A DNA stretch of 64,000 nt from Carpediemonas membranifera BICM (GCA_019828565.1 JAHDYR010000067.1:745094-809093); one strand, 5' to 3'. Positions 49,585 to 61,635 are shown, counted from the first letter of the stretch. Translations and numbers: made by a program. Notes: generated by a model not told the origin, from the letters alone.

Positions 49585-52500
49585 ATGGACTATCAAACGA
49601 TTTCAGCCCCTTTTCTCAACGACATTCGTTCCGAAACGGCCTTCTGCAGCTTCAACGACAAGTTCGAGGCCTATTCCGCCCAAGTTCCCGACGACAGAGC
49701 ACTATCTGTCCGTATGCTCATTTCCAGCCGTGTTTTACGCCTGATCCGCCTTCGCATTGACAACTTTGACGACCTTCCAGATGAAAACGTCCTGTCGGCG
49801 ATCTACTCCGCTTTATTCGCTCCCAAGAGCACTCAGGCCGTTCTGTCTAAGCTGGAAGCAACCGCCATGTCCTCCACGACGGCCAGCAACAGCGCTCTGC
49901 TCGCCTACCTCGACAGGTTCGACCGCGTCGAGGACCTCTGTTCCACTTACCTCCCCGATGAGAAGACACTACGCCGCACTTTCATCCGCGGACTGTCCCC
50001 AGATTCACTGCGCCGCCGGGTCAAGGCCTCCGAACCTGAGACGCTCGCCGACGCCAAGCGTGCCGCCTTCCAAGAGGTCGAGACCTTGGCTGAGGCCAAG
50101 CGCACCATCGCCGAGTTCGGTCAGCCCGAGGTCCCGCGCCCTCAGGCCACACGTCCGCCTCCGAGCTTCCACCCCACTCGTCCTCACGCTACCGCAGCGC
50201 CTGCTCCCCACTTCCCATCCAACAAACCAGACAACCATAAGCCTGCCGGTACCCCTGCCAAGCCGCAGCCTGTCTGCCATGGATGCGGCCTCTCCGGCCA
50301 CCTTAGGCCTGACTGCCCCAACAAGTCCAAGCCCGGCTTCTTCGCTACGGGCCGCCGGACGACGCCCATCTCTCTGAAGATGGCAACAAGCGGACCAGTC
50401 ATGCGCCTCAGCACCAACGTACGAGCCTTCGCGCCCGTCGGCTCCCCTGCTCCCCAGAGCACCGACCGCGTCGACGCCCTGGTCGACACAGGCGCCTCCT
50501 CATCCTTCATCAGCCCAGTGCTGGCCAAGTCTCTGGGCCTGGTCATGATCCCTGATGAGCTCAAGATAAGCACGGCCAATGGCATCGCCACGTCTGCCCA
50601 TCGCACGCTCCTTGACATCAAGGTCAACAGGTCTCCCCACTCAGTCGGAGGTACTATCAGCGCCCACGTCCTCAACACCGGTGAGCCCCTCATCCTTGGG
50701 TTCGACGTGATCCAAACGTTCAACCTACTGGCTCCTCCCGCGACTGAGCCTCAGGACCTCGGCGAGGTTACACCCCTTGACGAAGATGGCCAGATCGAGC
50801 TCGATGAAAACGTCGCAGCCCTCGCTCGCGAGTTCGAAGACATCTTCGGTCCCATCCCTCGTGAGCCTGCCAAGGTTCAGCCTATGGAGATCGCCGTCAC
50901 GGACGAAACTCCGACCCACGTTCCCCCTCGCCGGCTCTCCCCGGCCATGACTGAGGTCATCGATCGAGAGGTCGAGGCCCTCCTTGAGGCTGGCATCATC
51001 CGCCTATCGGAGTCGGCTTACTCCGCCCCTTGCTTCGTCGTGCCAAAGACGAACGGTGAACATAGGATGGTCGTAGACTACCGCCTCCTCAACTCAGTCA
51101 GCCGCGACTTCCGATTCCCCCTGCAGAACATTAAGTCCATCTTGTCTCGCCTGAATGGCAGCAAGTACTTCACCACGCTTGACCTGCGCAGTGGCTACCA
51201 CCAGTTCCCCCTCGACGCAATAGCTGTTCCTAGGACTGCATTTGCCACGCACAACGGCCTGTACGAGTTCGTTAGAGTCCCCTTCGGTCTCAAGAACGCG
51301 CCTTCCTACTTCCAGCGAGGCATGATGCGGATCTTAGCTCCACTCTTGGGCCGCGGGGTCGAGTGCTACCTTGATGATGTCATCGTACACGCGTCTACGA
51401 TCGAGGGCCACAACTCCCTTCTGCATCAGGTCTTCGAACTCGTCCGCGCCCACAACTTACGCCTGAAGCTGAGCAAGTGCGTCTTCCTCCGCACCGAGCT
51501 CGAGTTCGTCGGCCACACGGTCTGCTCACAGGGCATCAGCATCTCCAGCTGGCGCAAGGAAGCCCTCGGCTCAATGACCGTTCCGTCAAACCCCTCCGAG
51601 CTGCGAAGCTTCTGCGGTCTCGCGAACTATTACCGTGACCATGTCGCAGATTTCGCCCGTATCATGGCTCCCCTGTACGACCTCTGCGGCTCCAAGACCG
51701 TTTTCGAGTGGGGTGAGTCCGAACAGACTGCTTGGGACACCGTCAAGCGCGCTATCGTCCAGGCACCCCTCCTATCTTTCCCAGACTACTCGAAGCCCCT
51801 GGTGATCAAGACCGACGCTTCTTCGCTCGGCTGTGGCGCTCTCCTCGCGCAGCAAGATCCCGTCTCCGGCAAGGAGGCACCTGTCGCCTTCGTCTCGCGC
51901 CGCTTCACGATGACTGAGTCAGCTTGGGCCACGATCGAGCAAGAAGCATATGGAATCTTCTTCGCCATCACCAAGTTCGATCCGTTCATCCGAGGCCAGT
52001 TCTTCGAGGTCCAGACCGATCATAAGAACTTGATCTACATGTCGCGCAGTGAGACCCCGAAGGTCGTGCGCTGGAGCCTCCGTCTCCAAGAGTATGTCTT
52101 CGTGATTCATCACATCCCCGGCCTCGACAACGCGGCCGCAGATGTCCTCTCTCGCTGTCTCAAGGCTGTCACTTCCCTGTCTGACCATCATGTGGACATT
52201 GAGTCCGTGCATGGTCCCGTCGCCGGCCATATGGGCGCGGTGACCACCATGGAGCGCCTCAAGCTCCGCGGCATCGAATGGACCAACATGCTGGATGACA
52301 TCAAGGGCTTTATTGCCTCATGCCCCATCTGTCAGAAGGTCCGCGAGACAGCCAAGAAGACGACTTCTACCCTGCGTCCTACGTTCTCCTCTGACCCGTT
52401 CGTGGCCGTCTCCATCGACACTATGGGTCCCTTCCCGGAGGATGACTTTGGTAACAAGTTTATCATCGTCACGGTTGACAACTTCTCACGCTTTACAGAG

Positions 52501-53413
52501 CTAGTCGCTGTCCCTTCAACTTCCTCCGAGTCTGCCTGCCGCGCATTCATCCAGTTCGCCGGCCACTACGGATTCCCTCAGACCGTCCGCACTGATGGCG
52601 GCTCCCAGTTCACTGCCAAGCTCTTCAAGGAGATCTTGGCCTCCCTGCACGTGGCCCACACCGTCACGCTGCCCTACCACCACCGCGCGAACGGCCTAGT
52701 CGAGAGGGTCAACCGCGAGGTGAACCGTCATCTCGTCGCCTTGACCTCTGAACTCAGACTCTCCTCCAAGTGGTCTCTGTACCTGCCCATGGTCCAACGC
52801 CTTCTTAACGCTACCACCAACTCTAGCATTGGCATGTCACCCGCTGCCCTCGTCTTCGGCACCGCCGTCAACCTCGACCGCAGCATCATCGACGTAGTGT
52901 CACAGGGAGAGGGAGAGCACCCAGACATCGTCCAAATCCAGGAGATCCTCGTTCAAGCAGCCCGCCTTAACCAGGATCAGACCTTCAACCCCGGCCCTTC
53001 AACCTCGGACGTCTTTGCCATCGGCGACCAGGTCTTAGTAACCTACCCGACGCGTCCCGACAGCAAGTTGACCCCCCAAGCTCATGGGCCCCTACACCAT
53101 AACTTCCCGCTCGAACGACATTTACGAGGTTATCAATCCTGCGACTCGTCGCACCCAGACCTATCACGCCACACGCCTCCGCCGCTTCGTCTCCAATGGC
53201 CTCCTCACTGACATCGAGCTCGTCGCCATGGACGAGGACTCCTACCTTGTACAAGAGATCCTGGCCCACCGTGGCGGCCACAACAAGACCTCCTTCGAGT
53301 TTCTCATCCGCTGGGATGGCTATGGTGCCGAGGACGACCAATGGCTTCCCTACCTCGAGGTCAGGGACCTCGAGGCTCTCGACTATTATCTCGAGTGTCA
53401 CCCACTCTTCTAA
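49585..53413 (+). CDS. Gag-Pol polyprotein (Gag/zinc knuckle, PR, RT, RNase H, IN, chromodomain); one frameshift near 53075
   Basis: CHGCGLSGHLRPDC; ALVDTGAS; YLDD; KTDAS...QTDH; H..H/CPIC with SIDT, RTDGG, VER; YLVQEILAHR...FLIRWDGYGAEDDQW. Confidence 0.96.
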
Positions 53414-53423
53414 GAGAGAGAAG

Positions 53424-53513
53424 TGTTGGGCAATTTTAGTTATAACCATTTTTGCCCTTGATCGGGTTTCGAATAAACCTCACTTCGTCATTAGTTCTCT
53501 TTATTTGGCCACA
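53424..53513 (+). repeat. 3' LTR of gypsy 1 (90 bp, TGT...ACA)
   Basis: Starts tgttggg directly after the PPT, ends ggccaca, contains aataaa. Confidence 0.9.
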
Positions 53514-56483
53514 TCAGGGAGGATACAGGTGAGCATACTCAGAACCCATAGGGACATCCTGGTGATCAACGTGTATGGCCCACCGGTCGGCCACGGAAGG
53601 GAGGAGAAGGACGAGTTCAGGGACGGAATAAGGAGCATTCTGGAGATGAAAGGAGAGATGGAAACAATCATCATAGGGGACTGGAACCTCGACCCCAAAA
53701 GGATAGCCACAATGGCAAGATGGAAGGACCTGATCAGGGACTATAAGCTGGGAGCAGTGATCCCCATGGAAGGTACCCTCACCAAGGGAACTACCACTCC
53801 GGACTTCGCGCTGGTATCATCAGGGATCAGAGGAGCAAGGATAGAAGAAAGAGAGAGGAAGTCCTAGACATACCGGGCGTCAGAGTGTGGAACATGAGGA
53901 AGAAGGCTGAACGCACATCAGTCAGAAGACTGCACCGTTTTAAGAGCCTGGATGTGTGGGAGGAGGATATCAGGAAGGATATGGGCGAGCCGTCAGGTCA
54001 CCCAGGCAGTGGATACAGGGAAGAGGTCATCAAAGAAAAGGTGTGGTCGGAGCTCCGGCACACACCATGGACAGAAGTGGGAAACAAGACCAGAAGTGAG
54101 ATCATGAAGCGTGCGCTACAGGCCTTCTGGGGAAAACGCAGGGAAGAGTGGATCCAGGACCTCAGCCGGAGCGCGAAGGAAGGATACAAAGCATCCAGGT
54201 CCATGGTGGAAGCAGCGGTAAGAAGATGGTGGTGTGAAAACCAGTTCAAGGGCATGCCAGAGAGCATACTGAAGGACGGGAAGATTACCACCAACAAGGA
54301 AGAAATAGGTAAGATCCTCCTACAACAGTATGCAGGAGTGAGCAGGGGCAGGGAACCGGAGTGGAAGGATAGAGGCAATGGAAAGAGGGAGGACGAATTT
54401 AAGGAGAGAGAAATACGAGAAGCGATCAGAAGGATAAAGAGGGACACTGCACCGGGACCGGACCACACTACAGGGGACATGCTCAGGGACACAGATGACC
54501 AGGGGATCGCTCAGATAACTAGGCTCATGAACAGGGTATACAGGGAGGGCAAGATCCCGACAACATGGAAGTATGCTACAATCTCGGCCATCCACAAGAC
54601 AGGGAAGCCCAGAGTGAAGCCGGAGTCGTACAGACCCATCTCGCTAACACCACTACTGTATAGGGTGTATGGTAGGCTCCTGAAGAGAAGATTAGAAGCA
54701 GCCACATGGCACCTCATCCCAAGAGAGCAAGCAGGGTTCCAATCGGATAAGGACGTAATACAACAGATACAATACATCGTGCAGAGACACCAGGAAGGGG
54801 GGGAGACCACGTCGATCTTCCTAGACATAGAGAAAGCCTATGACACCGTCCCGAGGGACATCCTCATGGATAAGCTGCAGGGAATGGGGGTCGAAGACCA
54901 CCTCATCAGGGCAATACAGAGTACACTAGAAGAGACACGGATCTCGGTGAAGGGGGCAGGGTCATGGGAGAGAACAAACAGGGGAGTGAAGCAAGGATGT
55001 GTCCTAGCGCCGACCCTGTTCGTTTTGTTCATGGCAAACTGGCCTCACCTGGTCAGGAAGAAGCATCAGGGACAAGAGTACGATATCAGGGAACCACCAA
55101 CGGAGTTACCAAGAGTCCGGGACACGCTGCCGGCCACCCTAACCATGTTCGTGGACGATACAGCGGTCACAGGGGAGACACCGGAAAAGAGCAAGATAGT
55201 GGCGAACCTAGTCATAGAAGTTATCAAGGAGCACCTCATGAGGGCAAATGCACAAAAGAGTGAGATGATCAGTGTAGACAGGGCAGCAGTGGCGAGAGTG
55301 GGGGAGTTACCCTAATGGCAAAAGAGGAAGCTAAGTACCTAGGTCTCTGGATAGCCAGCGGAAAAGACCCACTGGCAGCCTGTATCAGAAAGAAGCGGGA
55401 GCAGAGCGAAAGGTACAAGAAGCTAGTGAGAAGAGTGGGATGGACCAGAGGCAACATGCCGGCGCTAGCCAGCAGGCTCCTCCTCGAAGTTTACATATGG
55501 CCGAGGATAATGTTTGGAGTGGAGGTGTGGGGCTACGCAGCAGGGGGGAACAAGATATGGACGGATTGGCAGGGCATCATGGCCGGAACAGGCCCAGGTG
55601 GGGGCTCGGTCATGCGCATCTTGAACGGATGGATGGACCTGCAAGCCCACCTGGAGATTCTAGCAGTCAAGAGGATCGTGACAAGCAGGGGCCAGGATAT
55701 ACCAATCAGAGACAGGGTCTGGAAGGAGGGATCGATTATGTGGAAAGCCAGGGACTCAGTGAACGCACTCCTCAGAGGAACAAGAGAGGGAGCAACAGAA
55801 TGCAGGGAAGATAGACTTTGGTAGGGAGATGGTAAGAATGAACTGGACCAGGAGGTGCAAGAGCAAGACAGCGGTGGGGCTCATGGAAGTCCTAGGACCC
55901 AAACGTATGGGAAAGTGCATGGCGGGGAAACCGGCCATAAGTAGGAAGACAGGGAAGTGGCAGTCAAGGGCAGAGTGGAAAAGGATAGTGTCGGTGGCAG
56001 CGAATGTCAGCCCGTCTCCATCATCAGCGGAAAGGGGAGAAGGCCCAGAGCGAGCGCTGGCGGACCTGGCGATGGGTGAGGAACTCAAACACAAGATACA
56101 AAGGAGGTGCCCCCTGTGCACAAAGGAGAGCGAGATAGAGTTACTGTGGCAAATAGCGAGAGAGCAGCCAAACCAAGCCAGGAAGCAGGCACTAATCAGG
56201 GGAGTGGGTAAGGGGTCAGCCGCTGGGATCGGCGGCCCACATTATGTGTGAGTGCCCAGAGGTTGAAAGAGGAGATGACTGGGAAAAGATATGGAAGACA
56301 GCTAAGGAGAGGACCAGGGAATTGCAAGTCAGAAGAGGCCCGAATGGGAGGTGGTATGAGAAGAGGCCAATCTTAGAGGTGCAACAACTAGTGTTAACAG
56401 GGTCGGAAGAGATATGGGAAGGACTGCGAGCTGGGCTGAGAGCCCTGGCAAAGGTCTATGATAGCTATAGAATAGATGGATAG
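53514..56483 (+). pseudogene. LINE ORF2-type APE-RT protein with frameshifts/stops near 53865, 55313, 55824 and 56245
   Basis: INVYGPP, IIIGDWN, TPDFALVS; APGPD, SYRPISL, QAGF, FLDIEKAYD, GVKQGCVLAP, FVDD, KYLG; RCPLC...HYVCECP. Confidence 0.9.
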
Positions 56484-56826
56484 ATAAGGAACACCACATC
56501 CAGAAAGGGGGCAGGGAAGCATAGACTCTGGGATCAAGGGGAGACCCCCCATGTTTCCCAGTGAGAGGGCAGGGCCAGGGACAGAGGAAATCCATCAATT
56601 GGATGGTTGCACCACTCGCGGTGAACCTAAGGAAACTGCAGGGACTGAGCATGGGATACGGGGGGACATGACGTCCCCGCCGCCCTTGTGAACGATAGAG
56701 GGACGCTGGGAAGTGTAGCACAAGAGAACTATCATAAGGGGTACTAGGCCTTGCAGATCTAGAGTCTGTGTTAGCCCTAGCCCACGCCGCCTAACAGGGG
56801 TAGATGAGAGGGACTTAGTTGCTTTC
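53514..56826 (+). mobile_element. Non-LTR (LINE) retrotransposon, 5'-truncated at gypsy 1
   Basis: APE endonuclease, RT and C-terminal zinc motifs on an A/G-rich strand; begins mid-endonuclease right after the LTR. Confidence 0.92.
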
Positions 56827-56893
56827 TGTTGCAGCAGGAAACACAGAGAGTGATTTAATTGATCCGGGGTAAATCAGTCATCAATTGATTACA
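56827..56893 (-). repeat. 3' LTR of gypsy 2 (67 bp)
   Basis: Exact repeat of 61037-61103. Confidence 0.95.
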
Positions 56894-57173
56894 CTTCCCC
56901 CAAGATCCGGAAATAAAAATTCGGATCTTCCAAAATCTCCAGAACCCCGAAATAAAATTCCTTGGTCCAAATCTTCAGCAGAATCTATTCCCGCAGGTTA
57001 TGTCTCATTGAAGGTCCCCATGCTGAGGACGCATCAAAAACAAACCATCAACGTCGTATGCCGTGAATAACAACTAATCAACATCAAAACCAATGGAATC
57101 CAGCTTATTGTAGCTGAACACTGCTCCTTCCCCCATGGGTCCGAAGTTTCCAGCCTTTTCAGCGACTACCGCC

Positions 57174-60100
57174 TTAGTTCGCTTTGAACCGCAGCATCTT
57201 CCGCTGTGCAGGCAACTTCTTCGCCAAATGAGGTACTTTCTCCAAGTATCTGTCAAGTGCTTCGAGTTTGTCTAGCTCCAATGTGAATGGCTCCCACGTG
57301 GCTTCCTCAGGAAGGTACCCTTCCCAAATAACATGCAGTAGCAGCTTCCGTCCCTCGAACTTGTGCTCGTTGATCTCCTCCACCACGTATTCGTCGTCTC
57401 GCTCCGCAGCAACCTGCTTCAGCTGATCGAGCGTCAAGCTTGTCTCGAACACCCTGAGCCTGTCAGCGTGGATGCTGTGGGTCTTCCCGGACGTCAGGTT
57501 ACGGACACGATAAACGTTCGGGGACTTGTCTGGGCCTATGCACCACATCGGCCCGAGCAGAGTAGATCTCCTACCGGAGTTCGACGCCACCAGGACTGCG
57601 GTGTCTTGTAGCTCAATGTGATCGCGACTTGGCGACTCTCCATCACACAGTTGTTGCTGAACCACACGATTAACTTCAATCCTACGCCTAAAGAGCTCCA
57701 ACGAGACTGTATCGTCACTCAACTCGTCAAGCGTCGAGTCTTGCTCCTGGTCGTACAGTACCGTCCACGGGGACATGCCCGTGGTACTATTCTTCGTCGA
57801 GTTAAGGATGAACTGAGCGTGTGGAATCAGTTTCGTCCAGTCACGTGTCTTGCACTCCGTCATCAGGCACTTCAGATGCTTCTTCAGTTCCGCGTTCTGA
57901 CGTTCGACGACGCCTTGCGATGCCGGTCGGTACGGCGTACCGATATGATGTTTCATCGATAGCTTCTCCACCATGGTGTCGACGAGCTGATTTCGGTATT
58001 GGGACCCACCGTCTGAATGGATTAAACGGGGTATACCGTAGTGGGCGACCCATTGTAATAGGGCCTCAGCTGCCTCTGCCGCAGTCGTGGAGTGGGTGGG
58101 GTATAACATCGTAAGCTTGGAGAACGTGTCGATGGCCACCACGATGTGGCGGTAACCGCCGTCAGATTCAGGTAGGGGTCCAACAGTGTCTACTTGTACT
58201 ACGTCAAATGGAAGGCGTCCCATCGTCGAATGCCGGTCCTGCGGCACTCGCTCAGCTGTCTGCCGATGGACTTGGCAGACCGGGCAGGCCTTGACGAACT
58301 GTTTCACCTCGTTGTACATCCCCTTCCACGTCTCTCCTCTTTCAATCAGGCGTTGTAGGGTAGCCCGAATGCCCAGATGTCCTTGTAAACCCCCATGTAT
58401 GCTTTCGATCAGGTCAGTATGGCTCGTATCGGCACTTTGTAGGTGTACTAGACGGGACAAGCCGTCTGCACCGCCGTTGGCCACTCCTGGTACGTGTTCC
58501 ACGGAATAGTTGAACCGTGCCATGGCCAGATGCCACCTAACCACCTTAGCGTTGGCAGAGGTGGCCAGGTAGAGCAGATTTTTGTGGTCGGTGCGCACAA
58601 CGAACTCTCATCCGATCAGTAGTCGCTCTGCCTTCTGCATTGCGAAATAAATCGCGAACGCCTCCTTCTCATACGTAGACCATCGGCGTTGGGTAGCGTC
58701 GAATGTCTTCGAGTAAAAGGCGATCGGACTAGGACCTGACGCGGATTCTTGCATCAGTACGGCGCCTGCTGCGACATCACTTGCGTCGGTCTGCAATATC
58801 AGCTTCGACCCAAGCTTGGGGTGTACGAGCATTCTGTTGTCCAGCAGGCAGGTCTTGACGCGCTCAAATGCGTCTTGTTGGTCTGGTCCCCACTCAAACT
58901 TCCTGTTGGCCCGGGTGAGGGCCGCAAGGGGCTCAGTTATGTCCGCGTAGCGCTCAATCATGGGGCGGAAGTAGTTAACAGTCCCCAAGAGCGTACGAAG
59001 CGTCGACAGGTCACGGGGGGGTGCAAGATCGTGAATTCCTTGCAGGCGATCCTCTGCGATCCTCTTGCCGTCGGCGCTAACGGTCCATCCTAGATAATCG
59101 ATCTCGGACGCAGCGAAGATGCACTTCTTCGCATTGAGACGGAGTCCTCGAGTGTGGAGTTTTCCGAGAACGGTCTCCAGGCGACGTAGAAATTCGGTTT
59201 TGTCCCGGCCGTAGACCACTACGTCGTCCACGTACACCAAACAGTCGGTGTACACGCTGCTTCCTAGCGCTGCCTCCAGGGCCCGTTGGCAGTACGCTGC
59301 AGCATTTTTTAGCCCAAAGGGCATCCTCGTATAACAGTATTTGACACCGTCAACGATAAAGGCCGTCATATCCTGGCATTCGTGTTTCAACGGGATTTGA
59401 AGAAACGCCTTGCTCAAATCAAGGGCTGCAAAGTATGAGTTGCCCTGCAACCTCTCTACGAGGTCGTCTATTAGAGGCAAGGGGTGGGTCAGGTCAGTCG
59501 TGATCTCGTTCAGACGTCTAAAGTCAAGGCACATGCGACGTGTACGGTCCCGCTTCCAAGCTAACACAACTGGGTTGTTGTACTGGCTCTCGGAACGTCT
59601 TATAACCGCCATGTTGCAAAGCTCCTCGACCTGTCGCTTCATCTCTTCCACTTCGCCCTCGCCGTAGCGGTAGGGCGGTACGTTGACCACTCTGTCATGT
59701 CGAAGGTCCAACCCGAATGGCTCCACATCGGCCGGCTCATCAATACCTCCGAACAACCCCCTAGCTTCGCTAACACCTCTTCGACCTCCACGGTCAGGTC
59801 CATTATCACCGGCTTGGCATCATTGGTCTTCTGCGCGCTCGACAGGTAGACTTCTTCGTCAAACTCATCGCCCTCCAGCTCCAGGAACGTCTTGGTCCCT
59901 TCTCCAGCTGTTGGTAGGTGGATTTCCACCAAGCCCAAGGCCGTTAGCGTCGGGAATCCGAACACTATCTGCGGCTTAAGCCTCGGTAGGATGTAGAGTA
60001 CTAGCTTCGCCGTAGTACGGCGTCCTGTCTTCGGAATAACTCCTAGATCGATGTTGACTTCGATCTTCTCATGCACGTTGTAAACCGTCCCGCCTTGCAA

Positions 60101-60256
60101 TCGAACCTTCACGTTTGTGGGGATAATTTCATCCGCGAACCCCAACTCGTCGATCAACGTCTTGTCGACAAAATCTGCGTCGGCCCCGGTGTCTAGCAAT
60201 GTGTTAACGTCGCGACCGTCTACACACACCACGGCTTCAGGACGCTTCGCGGTCCC
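57174..60256 (-). CDS. pol: Pol of gypsy 2 (PR, RT, RNase H, IN, chromodomain); slip near 59760 and in-frame TGA at 58608-58610
   Basis: LLDTGAD; YVDD; QTDAS; RTDH; H..H/CPVC, QVDT, SDGG, VER; YVVEEI...HVIWEGYLPEEATW. Confidence 0.94.
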
Positions 60257-61024
60257 CTAGGCGACCAAAGAGGAAGAATACAGAGAGAAACAAGCCTGAG
60301 TTTTTACACCCTTCTTGCGTTCGTCCCTCTGCTTCTTCCAGCACTTTGTGGCATCGTGGCCCACCTTGTTGCAGTAGGGGCACTTGGTAGACGCCTTGTC
60401 TTCATGCTTGGTCTTCTCGCCCTTCGACTCAACTGACTGACGCTGCGCCTCACGTCTACCCTTCTCAGCCTCCAGGGCTTGCTCAAAAGCCACCTTCATG
60501 GTCTCCTCCAGATCCTTGCTCTTCTTCTTGGCGCCGATTCGCTCTCTCAGGACTTGATAGCGGACTCCAGCGACGAACGCCTCCACGAGTTGCTTGGCTT
60601 GAGGCTGCAGCTCGCCGAAGTAGGAACACGTCTCCTTGAATGTCAGCACGTAATCGGCCATGTTCTCGACGAGATTGCCCGACTCGGGGCAATTCAGCTT
60701 CTTCAGCCATTCGATGGCCTCTAGCTCGTCGAGAGGTTGGAACATCTTGTTAATCAGGTCGATAAACTCCTCGTTCCACTCCGTCTCACGATCGGGGTCA
60801 TGCTCATCCATCGGTTCATCCACCACCTGGAGAAAAGAGCCCAGCATGGGAGAACGGCACTTAAACGTTTCGAGCACTTCGTTTGACACCAGGCCGAAAA
60901 TAGCAATCGGATCACGGCACCTAGCGGCATAAGCACGCCAGGACTTAACCATATGGCGCCACTCCGCCACAGAGACCTTATTAAGGTAGGGTGCGTAGTT
61001 CAGTACTGTTTCCGGTACTACCAT
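60257..61024 (-). CDS. gag: Gag of gypsy 2 (255 aa)
   Basis: AFVAGVR motif and CPYCNKVGHDATKC knuckle; ends in a TAG that is in frame with pol. Confidence 0.92.
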   Translation of the reverse strand: MVVPETVLNYAPYLNKVSVAEWRHMVKSWRAYAARCRDPIAIFGLVSNEVLETFKCRSPMLGSFLQVVDEPMDEHDPDRETEWNEEFIDLINKMFQPLDELEAIEWLKKLNCPESGNLVENMADYVLTFKETCSYFGELQPQAKQLVEAFVAGVRYQVLRERIGAKKKSKDLEETMKVAFEQALEAEKGRREAQRQSVESKGEKTKHEDKASTKCPYCNKVGHDATKCWKKQRDERKKGVKTQACFSLYSSSLVA

Positions 61025-61036
61025 GGCAATATATAT

Positions 61037-61103
61037 TGTTGCAGCAGGAAACACAGAGAGTGATTTAATTGATCCGGGGTAAATCAGTCATCAATTGATT
61101 ACA
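61037..61103 (-). repeat. 5' LTR of gypsy 2 (67 bp)
   Basis: Exact repeat of 56827-56893. Confidence 0.95.
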
Positions 61104-61108
61104 CTTTC

Positions 61109-61635
61109 CCCGCCCACGGGTAGGCCACTTAACAGGGTCGTGGGGGCACTGAACAGGGAATCTGGAAAGATGAGAGGGTGCCATGCTTGAACGACCCCGT
61201 AGGGACTGCAGGGAATCAGGGAGTGCTATAGAGAAGGTCTTGCAGGACAAACCTGCCTGTGGAAGCACCGAGGACAGACCCCCAGGCTCCCTGGAAGCTG
61301 CCGGTGTCGTAGACTCCTTATCATTTAATCAGTTGATGATTACGACACCATTGTGTCGAGATTAAATGTTTCCCACCGACAACGTCACCGGGTTTACAGG
61401 GAGACAGGAAAGCGCTCAGCGCACGGAGATGGCGAAGGCCTATGGGGGGAAGTGAAATCGGGAGTGAGCGGAAGCAGTAGCACCGAATCGCTCGTTGGAC
61501 GCAGCTGACAAGTTCAATCGCAGGGAGGAGGCAGCGCCCCGGGGAACTCGGCTCCAGTAATAAGGGAGATCAGCCTAAGTAACCGGGCCCGATACCAGGC
61601 ACCATAAATTTTCTTTCTTTCTTTCTTTCTTCCTT
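61109..61635 (+). mobile_element. Probable remainder of the LINE 3' UTR ending in a (CTTT)n tail
   Basis: Contiguous with 56484-56826 once gypsy 2 is removed at its TSD; similar G/A-rich composition; ends aaattttctttctttctttctttctt. Confidence 0.5.

Larger units (their letters stand above)
1..49851. repeat. Tandem array of an ~11.15 kb unit, about 4.45 copies, continuing left of the window
   Basis: ctggtgcagttgtccgctc at 1 recurs at 11158, 22312, 33493, 44754 (periods 11157, 11154, 11181, 11261). Gene order is identical; differences are mostly homopolymer indels. The array ends at 49851, where gag continues (ctaag|ctgg) instead of ctaag|gtaag. Confidence 0.98.
49495..53513 (+). mobile_element. 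Ty3/gypsy chromodomain LTR retrotransposon 1 (5' LTR lacks its first 18 bp)
   Basis: 5' LTR remnant 49495-49566 is identical to 53442-53513; PPT aagagagagaag at 53412-53423; full gag-pol between. Confidence 0.96.
56827..61103 (-). mobile_element. Full-length Ty3/gypsy chromodomain retrotransposon 2
   Basis: Identical 67 bp LTRs (56827-56893 and 61037-61103, TG...CA); 5 bp TSD ctttc at 56822-56826 and 61104-61108; minus-strand PPT gggggaag next to the 3' LTR. Confidence 0.97.

Noticed and set aside
1-49851. Array as an endogenous virus, Polinton or Helitron
   Set aside because: No recognisable capsid, packaging ATPase, protein-primed polymerase, HUH/Rep or helicase motifs in the unit.
1-49851. 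Frameshifts in unit genes as real pseudogenisation or programmed frameshifting
   Set aside because: They fall almost always in homopolymers and differ between copies, which is the pattern of long-read error.
56900-56980. Small hairpin (aagatccg...cggatctt) and duplicated gaaataaaa(a)ttc motif in the gypsy 2 3' UTR
   Set aside because: Too short to assign a function from a single copy.
58608-60259. Non-standard genetic code suggested by the in-frame TGA and TAG in gypsy 2
   Set aside because: The long ORFs of gypsy 1 and gypsy 3 are open under the standard code, and TAA, TAG and TGA all end genes in this window.
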